Assembly (NCBI GenBank): GCA_024763275.1
Contig: JANTFT010000005.1
Span: 8,758 to 72,757, forward strand
Origin: Anaerolineales bacterium
GTDB taxonomy: Bacteria; Chloroflexota; Anaerolineae; Anaerolineales; UBA11858
Direction: 5' to 3'
DNA: 64,000 nt
Below, piece by piece: positions 37,369 through 46,428 of the stretch (positions are counted from its first letter, which is position 1; each line of letters begins with the position of its first letter). The notes under the pieces were generated by a model. That model was not told the origin of the DNA, did not search any database, and saw nothing but the letters and a program-made list of their open reading frames with translations. A program made the position numbers and the translations under genes.

Positions 37369-39513
37369 TTGATGGTCGTTGACAATATTAAAAAATTCCT
37401 GGCCGAACCACCCCGGGATCTGAAGGATCCCAGATTGTATATCAACCGGGAATTAAGCATGATGCGTTTCAATAAGCGGGTGCTTGAAGAAGCCCTGGAT
37501 GAATCCCACCCGCTGTTGGAAAGGCTTAAATTCCTGGCGATCTTTTCCAGCAATCTGGACGAATTCTTTATGATCCGGGTTTCCGGGCTGCGCCGCCAGA
37601 TGGAAGCCAGCGCCCATCAGGTGCCGCCAGATGGGCTGCTGCCATCGGAGCAGCTGGCCATGGTGCGCCAGCGCCTGCTGCCCCAACTGGAAGAACAGTA
37701 TCGCTGCTGGAAGGACGACCTGCTTCCCAAGCTGGAAAAGGAAGGGATCAAAGTCCTGCATTATCACCAGCTGAAACGCAAACAGCGGAAAATATTACGG
37801 GGATATTTCAAGAAGGAGATTTACCCGGCCCTCACTCCGTTGGCCTTTGATCCGGGACATCCTTTTCCCCAAATCTCGAATTTGTCCATGAACCTGGCTG
37901 TGGTAGTCTACGACCCCAGGCACGGCCAGCGTTTTGCCCGCTTAAAAGTACCCAAGATCTACTCCCGACTGATAGCTATCCCTAGTGAGGAGACCGCCGA
38001 CGAGTTCCAGGAATTAGGTCTGAATGACCGCACCTCGAGCAATTTTATCTGGCTGGAAGAAGTGGTGAAAGCCAACCTGGACCTGCTCTTCCCGGGGTTA
38101 AAGGTTGAGGCAGCTTATCCGTTCCGGGTAACCAGGGATGCAGATCCGGAAATCGAGGAAGACGAAGCCTCTGATTTGCTCGCGGCGATCGAGGAGAGCG
38201 TTCGTGAACGGCAGTTTGGTACCGCTATTCGATTGGAAATTGATGGCACCATGCCTGACCAGGTGCGGGAAATCCTGCAGACCAATCTGGATGTGGCTTC
38301 CTACCAGACCTATGTAGTTGATGGGCCAATCGGGTTAAGCGATGTCATGGAGCTGATGAGCATCAACCGGGCTGACCTGAAGGATACGCCTTTCAAGCCT
38401 TCCCTCCCGCCTTCTCTTTCGACTGATGAAAACATTTTTTCAGTCATCCGCCGGCGTAATATCCTCCTTTATCATCCTTATGACAGTTTTGACCCGGTAG
38501 TGCGTTTTATCCGGGAAGCTGCCCGGGACCCGGAGGTGCTGGCTATCAAGATGACCCTCTACCGGGTGGGTCCGGATTCACCGATCGTAGCCGCGCTGAT
38601 GGATGCCAGGGAGAACGGCAAGCAGGTGGCGGTGCTGGTAGAGCTGAAAGCCCGATTTGATGAAGAGAACAACATCATCTGGGCCAGAGCGCTGGAGCGG
38701 GCCGGGGTCCATGTTGTCTATGGGCTGGTGGGCTTGAAGACCCATGCCAAAGTCAGTGTGGTGATCCGCCATGAACAGGATGGTATCCGCCGTTACATCC
38801 ATCTCTCATCTGGGAACTACAATGACGAGACAGCCCGCCTCTATACGGATATCGGGTATTTCACCTGTGACCCGGAAATCGGCAAAGACGTTTCTGCTCT
38901 CTTCAACGGCCTGACAGGCTATTCGCGAAATGAGGAATACAAGAAACTGCTGGTTGCCCCGGGGCACATGCAGGAAGACATCATATCCAGGATCGAAAGG
39001 GAGATCAAAGTCCATAAGAAGAGCGGTGATGGCTACCTGGCATTCAAGATGAATGCCCTGGTGGACCAGCCCAGTATCGAAGCCCTCTATCGGGCCTCTC
39101 AGGCGGGCGTTAAGGTGGACATCCAGGCCCGGGGCATTTGCTGCCTGCGTCCCGGCGTTCCCGGCGTCAGCGATAATATCACGGTGACATCGATAGTAGG
39201 GCGCTTTTTGGAGCATGCCAGGATCTACTACTTCCGGAATGGTGGTGAGGAGGAAATCCTGCTGGGAAGCGCTGATTTAATGCCCCGCAATCTCTATCGC
39301 CGGGTGGAAACCCTGTTCCCGGTTGATGACGATGTGATTAAGAGATCCATCCGGGATGAGATCCTGAAAGTTCATCTGAGGGATAATGTTAAAGCCAGGA
39401 AAATGCTGCCGGACGGCACCTATGAACCGGTCAGCCGTAAAGCGGATGAAGAGCCTCTGAACTCTCAGGAATGGATGATTGCTCACAGGGGGATCTGGCA
39501 TAAAGCGGAATAG
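37369..39513 (+). CDS. ppk: polyphosphate kinase 1
   Basis: YINRELSMMRFNKRVLEEA, LKFLAIFSSNLDEFFMIRV, the two PLD-like HKD-type C-terminal domains (TYVHLSSGNYN-like HLSSGNYNDETAR) and IVGRFLEH. Length 714 aa. Confidence 0.9.
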   Translation: MMVVDNIKKFLAEPPRDLKDPRLYINRELSMMRFNKRVLEEALDESHPLLERLKFLAIFSSNLDEFFMIRVSGLRRQMEASAHQVPPDGLLPSEQLAMVRQRLLPQLEEQYRCWKDDLLPKLEKEGIKVLHYHQLKRKQRKILRGYFKKEIYPALTPLAFDPGHPFPQISNLSMNLAVVVYDPRHGQRFARLKVPKIYSRLIAIPSEETADEFQELGLNDRTSSNFIWLEEVVKANLDLLFPGLKVEAAYPFRVTRDADPEIEEDEASDLLAAIEESVRERQFGTAIRLEIDGTMPDQVREILQTNLDVASYQTYVVDGPIGLSDVMELMSINRADLKDTPFKPSLPPSLSTDENIFSVIRRRNILLYHPYDSFDPVVRFIREAARDPEVLAIKMTLYRVGPDSPIVAALMDARENGKQVAVLVELKARFDEENNIIWARALERAGVHVVYGLVGLKTHAKVSVVIRHEQDGIRRYIHLSSGNYNDETARLYTDIGYFTCDPEIGKDVSALFNGLTGYSRNEEYKKLLVAPGHMQEDIISRIEREIKVHKKSGDGYLAFKMNALVDQPSIEALYRASQAGVKVDIQARGICCLRPGVPGVSDNITVTSIVGRFLEHARIYYFRNGGEEEILLGSADLMPRNLYRRVETLFPVDDDVIKRSIRDEILKVHLRDNVKARKMLPDGTYEPVSRKADEEPLNSQEWMIAHRGIWHKAE

Positions 39514-39629
39514 CCCGGGGTCGTGAACGGGAAATAAAAGTCCGCAGGGTACAGAGTGTTCTTGGTTCTGCAGGGGGAATTTTCCCAAATGCCCGACCGA
39601 ATGCCAGTCAGGGAACGCAGCCGGCAGGT

Positions 39630-41159
39630 TTATCCGGGAGGGGAGAAACTATCAAAGATGATTTCTTTTTGATAGGCTTCTGCCATCAGCGGGGCGGCGT
39701 TGCGTCCAGCCTGCCAGATCTCGACTGCGGGATACTGGTTGGCAACCAGAGTGATTCTCAGCTGACCCTCATCCCAGGTGAGGATGACATCTGTGATGTT
39801 GCCGTTTCTGCCCCGCTCCAGGCATTCTGCCAGGCGGAGAATGGCTGAGAGTCGGCGAAGCAGGACCAGATCTTTCTTGCCCAGCAGCAGTTTATAGTCT
39901 GAAATATCGGGTTGGCCTTTGCGGTGATAACGGCACATCAAGGCGATCAGGGCCGTTTCCCTGGGTGAATAGCCGGGTAAGCCGTTGTATTCCAGCAGCG
40001 TCTGGGTGTGTTTGTGGTGACTGCTGTAGCCGATTACCCTCCCCAGATCATGAAGCAGGGCTGCCGCGGAAAGCATTTCCCGCTCCCGGGAGTCGTATCC
40101 ATGCAGGGGGCCCAGCTGCTCGAAAAGTCTGCCCGCCAGGAATCTGACATGGTGGGCGTGTTCTTTCTCGTAGTCATAATTACGGGCCAGGTTCAGGGTG
40201 CTGAAGCGGCGCACACTGGGAATGATCGGCGAATCCAGATGATCCCAGAAAAGTTCCAGGAACACTCCCTCCCTGAGTCCGTTGACTGACAGCAGCATCT
40301 CTTCAACGCCCAGGCGGTCCATTACTGCCCGCAGCACCATGGCTCCGGGCAGGATAATGTCAGCTCGATCGCTGCTCAGCCCGGGCAGCTGCTGCCTTTT
40401 TGCCAGGGGATGCTCCCTGAAATAGGCGATGCTTCTTATAACAGAGGATTTTTCAAGGATAAAGCCATGCTGAGTGTAAAGGGGGTATCTCTGACGCTCT
40501 GCCTCAATTAATGCCAGGTTGCGGATGGTGCCTCCCAGACCGACCAGCGGTCCTCCAGCCTTCTTCTCCAGCCAGCTCACACTGTCCAGCTGGCGTTCAA
40601 TCTCCTTCTTGATCTTGCGATACTCTTCTTTTGTTGCCGGGTCGTGGGTGATGAATCTCTCTGTCAGGGCCAGAGAGCCCAGCGTCAATGAAATTCCTCT
40701 CATAAATGAGCGTTTCTGGATGTCGCTGAGTTGGACGCTGCCCCCACCGATGTCAAGTATGACACCGTCCTGGAGCTCGATTTCGTTCAGTGCCCCCAGA
40801 CTATCATAGTAGGCTTCTTTTTCACCGTCCAGAAGCTGGATGGTGATTCCCAGCTCATCCTGGACGCGCTTGAGGAAAGCCGGCCCATTAACTGCCTCCC
40901 GAACCGCGCTGGTCGCTGTTGCCAGGATCTGGCTGACATGGGTCTGCATGCAGAAATCCTTGAAAAATCGCAGGGTTGACATACCCCGCTCGACGGCTTC
41001 AGCGCTTAAGCCCCGGGCAGTCATGCCCTGACGGAGCCGGACAACTTCCCGGACCTCATCCACCAGCTGGTAGGAAAAACCCAGTTGGGTTTCCATGACA
41101 ATCAAGCGGTTGGTGTTTGAGCCGAGATCAATGACGGCGATGCGCTGTTTTTCTGACAT
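39630..41159 (-). CDS. ppx: exopolyphosphatase (Ppx/GppA family) with C-terminal HD-like domain
   Basis: IAVIDLGSNTNRLIV, ILDIGGGSVQL and the GLGGTIRNL actin-like ATPase fold motifs. C-terminal LHDLG...HHKH region. Start placed at the internal ATG 41159. Confidence 0.85.
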   Translation of the reverse strand: MSEKQRIAVIDLGSNTNRLIVMETQLGFSYQLVDEVREVVRLRQGMTARGLSAEAVERGMSTLRFFKDFCMQTHVSQILATATSAVREAVNGPAFLKRVQDELGITIQLLDGEKEAYYDSLGALNEIELQDGVILDIGGGSVQLSDIQKRSFMRGISLTLGSLALTERFITHDPATKEEYRKIKKEIERQLDSVSWLEKKAGGPLVGLGGTIRNLALIEAERQRYPLYTQHGFILEKSSVIRSIAYFREHPLAKRQQLPGLSSDRADIILPGAMVLRAVMDRLGVEEMLLSVNGLREGVFLELFWDHLDSPIIPSVRRFSTLNLARNYDYEKEHAHHVRFLAGRLFEQLGPLHGYDSREREMLSAAALLHDLGRVIGYSSHHKHTQTLLEYNGLPGYSPRETALIALMCRYHRKGQPDISDYKLLLGKKDLVLLRRLSAILRLAECLERGRNGNITDVILTWDEGQLRITLVANQYPAVEIWQAGRNAAPLMAEAYQKEIIFDSFSPPG

Positions 41160-41271
41160 GAGAACTTCTGGAAATCTAGGGTCGGTCAAGTAGGCGGGAC
41201 ATGGATTGGTGCACTTTTCGATTGTATGACATAACCAACTAGCCGTCAATTTGCCAGTCCCCGGAAACCGC

Positions 41272-41300
41272 TTGACAAAAACACAGGCCTGTGCAATAAT
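41272..41300 (+). promoter_or_regulatory. candidate sigma-70 promoter of the GntR operon
   Basis: TTGACA (41272-41277), 17 nt spacer, AATAAT (41295-41300). Confidence 0.5.
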
Positions 41301-41305
41301 GGGAA

Positions 41306-41325
41306 TGTAATAAATAACTATTACA
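41306..41325. promoter_or_regulatory. perfect inverted repeat, candidate GntR/YtrA-type operator
   Basis: TGTAATA-aataac-TATTACA has 7-bp perfect arms and fits the GT-Nx-AC architecture of GntR-family operators. It lies between the -10 element and the SD/ATG of the GntR gene. Confidence 0.45.
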
Positions 41326-41335
41326 ATAGGAGAAT

Positions 41336-41740
41336 ATGAAATTAAACATTGATCCTGACAGCAGCGTGCCGATCTACATTCAAATTGAGGACAGGATCCA
41401 TTCTATGATCGCTGCCGGTCAGCTGCAGCCAGGTGAACAGCTTCCCACCATCCGCGAGCTGGCCGCTGATATCCGGGTCAATCTCAACACAGTTGCCCGG
41501 GCATATATTGAGCTTGATCGGGAAGGGGTGATCTCGACCCAGCGGGGCAGAGGGACATTTGTCAGCGACGTTCCGAACAAAAAACAGCGAGAACGCAAAC
41601 GCCAGAAGCTGCTGCAGTCTATTGTTGAGAACGCTCTGGAAGAGACCCACCACCTGGGGTACAGCGCGGAAGAGATCAAGAAAGCCTTTGCCGAGCAGCT
41701 CTCAAAATTGCCCGAGAAGAGGGAAGAAAAACTATCCTAA
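41336..41740 (+). CDS. GntR-family transcriptional regulator, short YtrA-like subfamily
   Basis: PIYIQIEDRIHSMIAAGQLQPGEQLPTIRELAADIRVNLNTVARAYIELDREGVISTQRGRGTFV is a winged-helix GntR domain. The C-terminal region is short and helical (134 aa in total). Confidence 0.8.
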   Translation: MKLNIDPDSSVPIYIQIEDRIHSMIAAGQLQPGEQLPTIRELAADIRVNLNTVARAYIELDREGVISTQRGRGTFVSDVPNKKQRERKRQKLLQSIVENALEETHHLGYSAEEIKKAFAEQLSKLPEKREEKLS

Positions 41741-41761
41741 CTAATTAGGAGGAAAAAAACA

Positions 41762-42724
41762 ATGGTCATCAAACCTTCAGGATTAGATTTCCGGTATGAG
41801 CAGAAAAGTCAGAGCCAGGTCAATGGGCTGGCCCTGTTTGTTTTTCTGCTGTTGATGCTGATTTCCTCAGGTGCCGCCATTTGGATGGTCATATCCGGGT
41901 TCAGGACGATCTGGATCATCGGTGAGCTGCTGGTCCTGAATATCATCGGCCTGTATGTGCTGCTGGCCTTTAAAGTTGCCGAGCAGTGGGAAAAAGCCAT
42001 CCTGCTGCGGTTGGGGAGATTTGTGGGATTGAAAGGCCCCGGACCGTTTTGGATCATCCCCGTTGTGGATACCATCCCGGCCTGGATCGATCACCGGGTG
42101 ATGGTAACTTCGTTTACGGCTGAAAGGTCCTTGACCAAGGACACCGTTCCTGTAGACGTGGATGCGGTGTTGTTCTGGGTGGTCTGGGATGCTGAAAAAG
42201 CCGCCCTGGAGGTGGAAGACTACCGGGCTGCCATTGCCTGGGCAGCTCAGACGGCTTTGCGCGAGATCATCGGCCAGATGGAGCTGGCAGATATTTTGGT
42301 GGGGCGGGCCAGGATGGATGAGGAACTGCAGCGCATCATCGATGACAGGACCACACCTTGGGGCATCACCGTACAATCGGTGGAGATCCGCGACATTGTG
42401 ATACCGGGCGGCCTGGAGGATGCCATGAGCCGCCAGGCTCAGGCAGAGCGCGAACGTCAGGCCCGGGTCATTCTGGGAGAAAGCGAGGAGCAGATTGCAG
42501 CTTCCTTTGCCAAGGCTGCAGAAGCCTACCGGGATAATCCCACTGCACTCCACCTGCGAGCCATGAACATGCTCTTTGAGGGCTTGAAAGAGCGCGGTGC
42601 GATGGTTATAGTGCCCTCCAGCGCGGTCGATACTATGAACCTGGGTGGTTTAATGGGTTTGGCCTCCCTGGCGGAAGATCAGAACATAGAAAAAGGAGAT
42701 CTGACAAGTGGAAAAGAAAAATGA
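41762..42724 (+). CDS. SPFH/Band 7 (stomatin-like) membrane protein
   Basis: N-terminal TM hairpin, then the SPFH core EKAILLRLGRFVGLKGPGPFWIIPVVD...TKDTVPVDVDAVLFWVV...ALREIIG...GITVQSVEIRDIVIP and a coiled coil AQAERERQARVI. Confidence 0.8.
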   Translation: MVIKPSGLDFRYEQKSQSQVNGLALFVFLLLMLISSGAAIWMVISGFRTIWIIGELLVLNIIGLYVLLAFKVAEQWEKAILLRLGRFVGLKGPGPFWIIPVVDTIPAWIDHRVMVTSFTAERSLTKDTVPVDVDAVLFWVVWDAEKAALEVEDYRAAIAWAAQTALREIIGQMELADILVGRARMDEELQRIIDDRTTPWGITVQSVEIRDIVIPGGLEDAMSRQAQAERERQARVILGESEEQIAASFAKAAEAYRDNPTALHLRAMNMLFEGLKERGAMVIVPSSAVDTMNLGGLMGLASLAEDQNIEKGDLTSGKEK

Positions 42725-43202
42725 GCTGAAAGCGGATTTCATTGAGGTCACGGTCAAGGGCAGCCTTAAGACGGAACATGATTTCCAATCCGCTGATGGT
42801 AGATTGGGCTTGCTGAAAATGAACGGTTTGATCACGGAAGGCACGTTTCAGGGAGTAGATGGCCTGTCAATCCATTTTAAGAAGACCAGTTTGTTGAAAG
42901 CACAATACGAACTGGATCAGGAGGGCGTAAAACTGGGTTCAGCAAAACCTGCCAAGGCTTTAAGGAAGGCTTTATCACTGGAATTAGAAGGGAAATCTTT
43001 CTCACTCGTTCCTGGAAAATTACTCACCAGGACCTGGAATCTGCTCAACAGTGAGGGCTCTCCCATTTGTGAGCTGAAGCCCCGGGGAGTTCTAAAAAGA
43101 GGGGCTGTGATTCAGATCCTCTCCCCGGTAGAGCTGAAACTGCTGGTGTTCGCGTACTGCCTGGTGACTAAGCGCTGGCAGGAGGAATCCTCAGCTTCTT
43201 AA
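42708..43202 (+). CDS. hypothetical beta-rich protein (possible tubby/LURP-one-like barrel with C-terminal hydrophobic helix)
   Basis: The GTG start overlaps the SPFH gene by 17 nt. Alternating beta-strand pattern (FIEVTVKGSL..., GRLGLLKMNG..., LSIHFKK..., YELDQEG..., FSLVPGK..., WNLLNSEGSPICELK..., AVIQILS) is followed by LKLLVFAYCLVTKRW. The fold call is a guess by eye. Confidence 0.4.
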   Translation: MEKKNELKADFIEVTVKGSLKTEHDFQSADGRLGLLKMNGLITEGTFQGVDGLSIHFKKTSLLKAQYELDQEGVKLGSAKPAKALRKALSLELEGKSFSLVPGKLLTRTWNLLNSEGSPICELKPRGVLKRGAVIQILSPVELKLLVFAYCLVTKRWQEESSAS

Positions 43203-43230
43203 TTCCGGAAGATCAATGAAAAAGGATCCC

Positions 43231-43269
43231 CAGGCTGCATCTTTATTGAGGTGCAGCCTGTAGTTTTTC
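43231..43269 (+). terminator. rho-independent terminator of the GntR-SPFH operon
   Basis: CAGGCTGCAtctttattgaggTGCAGCCTGtagttttt. Confidence 0.55.
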
Positions 43270-43321
43270 TATTACAATAATTCAAACGATGTGAAAAAGA
43301 CTTCTGGCAGAGGAGGTGGGT

Positions 43322-44263
43322 ATGTCCGGGAATGGGAGAAATCTGATTAAAAGATCCACCCGGGAGTTCTACAGGGAAGGAAAGAGAACAGCTGGATATT
43401 CCTTGTTTGACTTCCTGCATGGCTATCTTTATGCCAGATGGCCTTATCTGTACATCGGAGTCGCTACAGGTGAACACCGGCTCAGCCGGGTACTGGCACC
43501 GATTTTCCTGTTCCTGTCCTCTCTCATTGATGGATCTCCTGAAGGAGAAGAAGATTTCGGATCAGCCTGGGCGAATGCCTATCATGGGAAGGTTGTTCCC
43601 CTGGAGGAAGCCAAACGGCTGGTCTCGATCCAGGAAGAGATCGTTATCAAAGACCTGGAGAAGGTGATTCCCTTCACAAAAGCCAAAGACATCATCATGA
43701 AGAACCCTGACCGCATCGCGGTGCTGGATTGTCCCTGCCGGGCGGCAAGGGAAAACCCCTGCACACCCCTGGATGTTTGCCTGATCGTGGGAGATCCTTT
43801 TGTGAGTTTCATTCTCGATCACCAACCTGAAAAAAGCCGCCAGATCAGCTCTTCGGAAGCGATGTCGATCCTCGAGGCAGAACACCAGCGCGGCCATGTC
43901 CAGCACGCTTTCTTCAAAGACGCCATGCTGAACCGATTCTATGCCATCTGCAATTGCTGTTCCTGCTGCTGTGGGGCCTTCCAGGCGCAGAATAGCGGCA
44001 CACCCATGCTGTTGGCATCGGGCTATACCGCCGAGGTGAACCAGGAGCTGTGTGAGGGCTGCGGCACCTGCCAGGAACACTGCCAGTTCTCAGCGATTGA
44101 GATGATCGACGGCAAGTCCTTCATTCACCGTGATGAGTGCTACGGATGTGGGGTTTGTGTTGACCAGTGTGATCAGGGAGCCATAGTGCTGGAGCTGGAT
44201 CCGGCAAAAGGGGTGCCCTTGGAGATTGAGGTGCTGATGGAAGATGCCAGGCAGGCTGCTTGA
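43322..44263 (+). CDS. Cys-rich Fe-S protein with C-terminal 2x[4Fe-4S] ferredoxin domain
   Basis: ATG follows GAGGAGG. Cys-rich segments are LDCPCRAARENPCTPLDVC and ICNCCSCCCG. Ferredoxin motifs are CEGCGTCQEHC and CYGCGVCVDQC. There is one hydrophobic N-terminal segment. Function unknown. Confidence 0.6.
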   Translation: MSGNGRNLIKRSTREFYREGKRTAGYSLFDFLHGYLYARWPYLYIGVATGEHRLSRVLAPIFLFLSSLIDGSPEGEEDFGSAWANAYHGKVVPLEEAKRLVSIQEEIVIKDLEKVIPFTKAKDIIMKNPDRIAVLDCPCRAARENPCTPLDVCLIVGDPFVSFILDHQPEKSRQISSSEAMSILEAEHQRGHVQHAFFKDAMLNRFYAICNCCSCCCGAFQAQNSGTPMLLASGYTAEVNQELCEGCGTCQEHCQFSAIEMIDGKSFIHRDECYGCGVCVDQCDQGAIVLELDPAKGVPLEIEVLMEDARQAA

Positions 44264-44286
44264 GGCCTGCCGGTATCGGGGCTGGA

Positions 44287-44763
44287 TCAGGGATGAACGT
44301 CAATTAACCTGCCAGTGGTGGCTTTCAGGAGGTCTCCGGGCTGGATGCTGAATACCGCCTGGGGGGAACCAGCAGCGGCCCACACCAGCGGGTGCTGCAG
44401 CAGATCCCTGTCGATGTAAAGGGGAAGGTCATTTTTCAATCCAAAGGGGGATACGCTGCCAATCGCAAATCCTGTCTGCTGGCGGACGAAGGCGGCATCT
44501 GCCAATTCTATCCTCTCACCCAACTCGCGGCTGACGAACTCTTCATCCACCTGGTTTGCACCGCTGGTTAAGATAAGGACTGCCTTTCCACTGGCTGATT
44601 GGAAAACCAGCGACTTGACGATCTGGCCGACACTGCTTTTCACTGCGGCAGCGGCTTGGGCTGCTGTTCGGGTGCTGTGGGGCAGTTCCTGCAGCTGGTG
44701 GGGAACTTTCAGTTCTTCCAGAGCTTTCTTTACGCGGTCAAGGCTGGTTGGCTTTTCTTTCAC
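44287..44763 (-). CDS. YbaK/ProX-type aminoacyl-tRNA trans-editing deacylase
   Basis: ...HSTRTAAQAAAAVKSSVGQIVKSLVF......LILTSGANQVD......GFAIGSVSPFG is the YbaK/EbsC domain pattern. Confidence 0.75.
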   Translation of the reverse strand: MKEKPTSLDRVKKALEELKVPHQLQELPHSTRTAAQAAAAVKSSVGQIVKSLVFQSASGKAVLILTSGANQVDEEFVSRELGERIELADAAFVRQQTGFAIGSVSPFGLKNDLPLYIDRDLLQHPLVWAAAGSPQAVFSIQPGDLLKATTGRLIDVHP

Positions 44764-44772
44764 GGCTGAACC

Positions 44773-45318
44773 TTATTGCTCTTCTTCGCTGATAACAGAG
44801 ATTTCCAGGTAGATCGGATCGCCAAAACGGTTGCCGTCCGGGTCATATGCTTGCCACCAGGAATTGTAGCGGCCGGGATTGTCTGGGGCTGTAACGCTGA
44901 TTTCCACCACAGCTTTGGTGGACTGTCGGGCAGGGTAGAGCTGCTGCACCTTTTCTGCTCCCAGAGCCAACCCGGAAATCAGCTGCAGGGAGTACGAACT
45001 ATCCCAGTTGCAGCTGCCGTTATTCTTTACAAGCCATCTTTTGGTCAGGTGCTGGCCCGGCTCTACTTCGCTGCCGTCCGGAATTGTGAGATCATCCAGG
45101 AATATTAGCTGATTCTCGCAATCCGTCTGGCGGGTTGGAAGGGGTTTCAGATCACCACCAGAAAGCTGCGCCTCAGCTGGATCGGCTGTAGGTGGCAGGA
45201 AGTTGGCGACGGGTGTTCCTGCATTCACCTGCACCCCGGGCCGGCAGCCAGCCAGCAGGAGCAGCAGCAGCAGCATCAACCCTGTCAGGGCGACTGGATC
45301 AACCCAGATTTTCTTCAT
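44773..45318 (-). CDS. lipoprotein with NBR1-Ig-like (Nbr1_FW) domain
   Basis: Lipobox LLLLLAGC. Domain [31 protein letters not shown]...[38 protein letters not shown]. Confidence 0.5.
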   Translation of the reverse strand: MKKIWVDPVALTGLMLLLLLLLAGCRPGVQVNAGTPVANFLPPTADPAEAQLSGGDLKPLPTRQTDCENQLIFLDDLTIPDGSEVEPGQHLTKRWLVKNNGSCNWDSSYSLQLISGLALGAEKVQQLYPARQSTKAVVEISVTAPDNPGRYNSWWQAYDPDGNRFGDPIYLEISVISEEEQ

Positions 45319-46354
45319 CTGCAGGGCTGGCGCTTTCCTCGGCCGCAGTTTCCGGAGATGGTTGGACCAGCACCAGGTCTCGAATGGTTTTTTCTATCTC
45401 CAGAGCAACATCAGGGTTTTCCTTGAGGTATTCTTTAGCGTTTTCCCTTCCCTGGGCAATTCTGGTATCGTCGCCATAATAGTAAAATGAGCCTTTTTTC
45501 TCTACCACACCGACCTCAACTGCCAGGTCCAGGATATCGCCTGATTTCGAGATTCCCTCATCATGCATGATGTCAAATTCCGCAGTCCGAAAGGGTGGCG
45601 CTACCTTGTTCTTCACCACGCGAACGCGGGTCCGGCTGCCGATGATGTCCGTGCCGGATTTGATGGATTGGATCCGCCGGACATCGAGCCGGACAGAGCT
45701 GTAAAATTTCAGGGCCCGACCTCCGGGAGTGGTTTCCGGATTGCCGAATACCACACCGATCTTCTCCCGGAGCTGATTGGTGAACACCAGGGAGGTGTTG
45801 GTCTGCCGGATCGCTCCGGAGAGCTTCCTGAGTGCCTGGGACATCAAGCGGGCCATCAGGCCCATATGGGAATCGCCCATGTCACCCTCAATTTCTGCCC
45901 GGGGCACCAGCGCGGCGACAGAATCGATGATGATCACATCCACCGCCCCGGAGCGGATCAGTGATTCAGCGATTTCCAGGGCCTGCTCCCCGGTATCGGG
46001 CTGGGAGATGAGCAGATTATCAATGTCCACTCCCGTCCTGGCCGCATAGGCAGGATCCAAGGCATGTTCCATGTCTATGAAAGCGGCTGTGCCGCCTGCT
46101 TTCTGGGCTTCCGCGACGATGTGCTGGCAGATAGTGGTCTTGCCGGAAGCTTCCGGCCCGTAGATCTCAGTCACTCTACCCCGGGGAATGCCTCCCACGC
46201 CGAGGGCCAGGTCCAGCGACAATGTACCGGTGGGGATCACATCCACGGCCAGGCTCTTGGCATCCCCTAATTTCATGATTGCCCCCTCACCAAAGCGCTT
46301 GGTGATGTCCTGCAGGGTTTTGTCTAAAGCTGTTTTCCGTGGATCATCCGCCAT
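45299..46354 (-). CDS. recA: recombinase RecA
   Basis: [25 protein letters not shown], Walker [31 protein letters not shown], and [40 protein letters not shown] 46354 follows GAGGAGG. Confidence 0.95.
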   Translation of the reverse strand: MADDPRKTALDKTLQDITKRFGEGAIMKLGDAKSLAVDVIPTGTLSLDLALGVGGIPRGRVTEIYGPEASGKTTICQHIVAEAQKAGGTAAFIDMEHALDPAYAARTGVDIDNLLISQPDTGEQALEIAESLIRSGAVDVIIIDSVAALVPRAEIEGDMGDSHMGLMARLMSQALRKLSGAIRQTNTSLVFTNQLREKIGVVFGNPETTPGGRALKFYSSVRLDVRRIQSIKSGTDIIGSRTRVRVVKNKVAPPFRTAEFDIMHDEGISKSGDILDLAVEVGVVEKKGSFYYYGDDTRIAQGRENAKEYLKENPDVALEIEKTIRDLVLVQPSPETAAEESASPADEENLG

Positions 46355-46406
46355 GATTTCCTCCTCTAGGAATCCATCCTTTTCTGCCGGTGTGGCTTGT
46401 TTACAG

Positions 46407-46426
46407 TCTAGCACAAATGTTCTAGA
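46407..46426. promoter_or_regulatory. candidate LexA (SOS/Cheo-type) box upstream of recA
   Basis: The recA strand reads TCTAGAAC-ATTT-GTGCTAGA, a 20-bp near-perfect palindrome containing GAAC-N4-GTGC (consensus GAAC-N4-GTTC). It lies 53 nt upstream of the recA ATG and overlaps a TGcTAGACT extended -10-like element. Confidence 0.45.
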
Positions 46427-46428
46427 CG

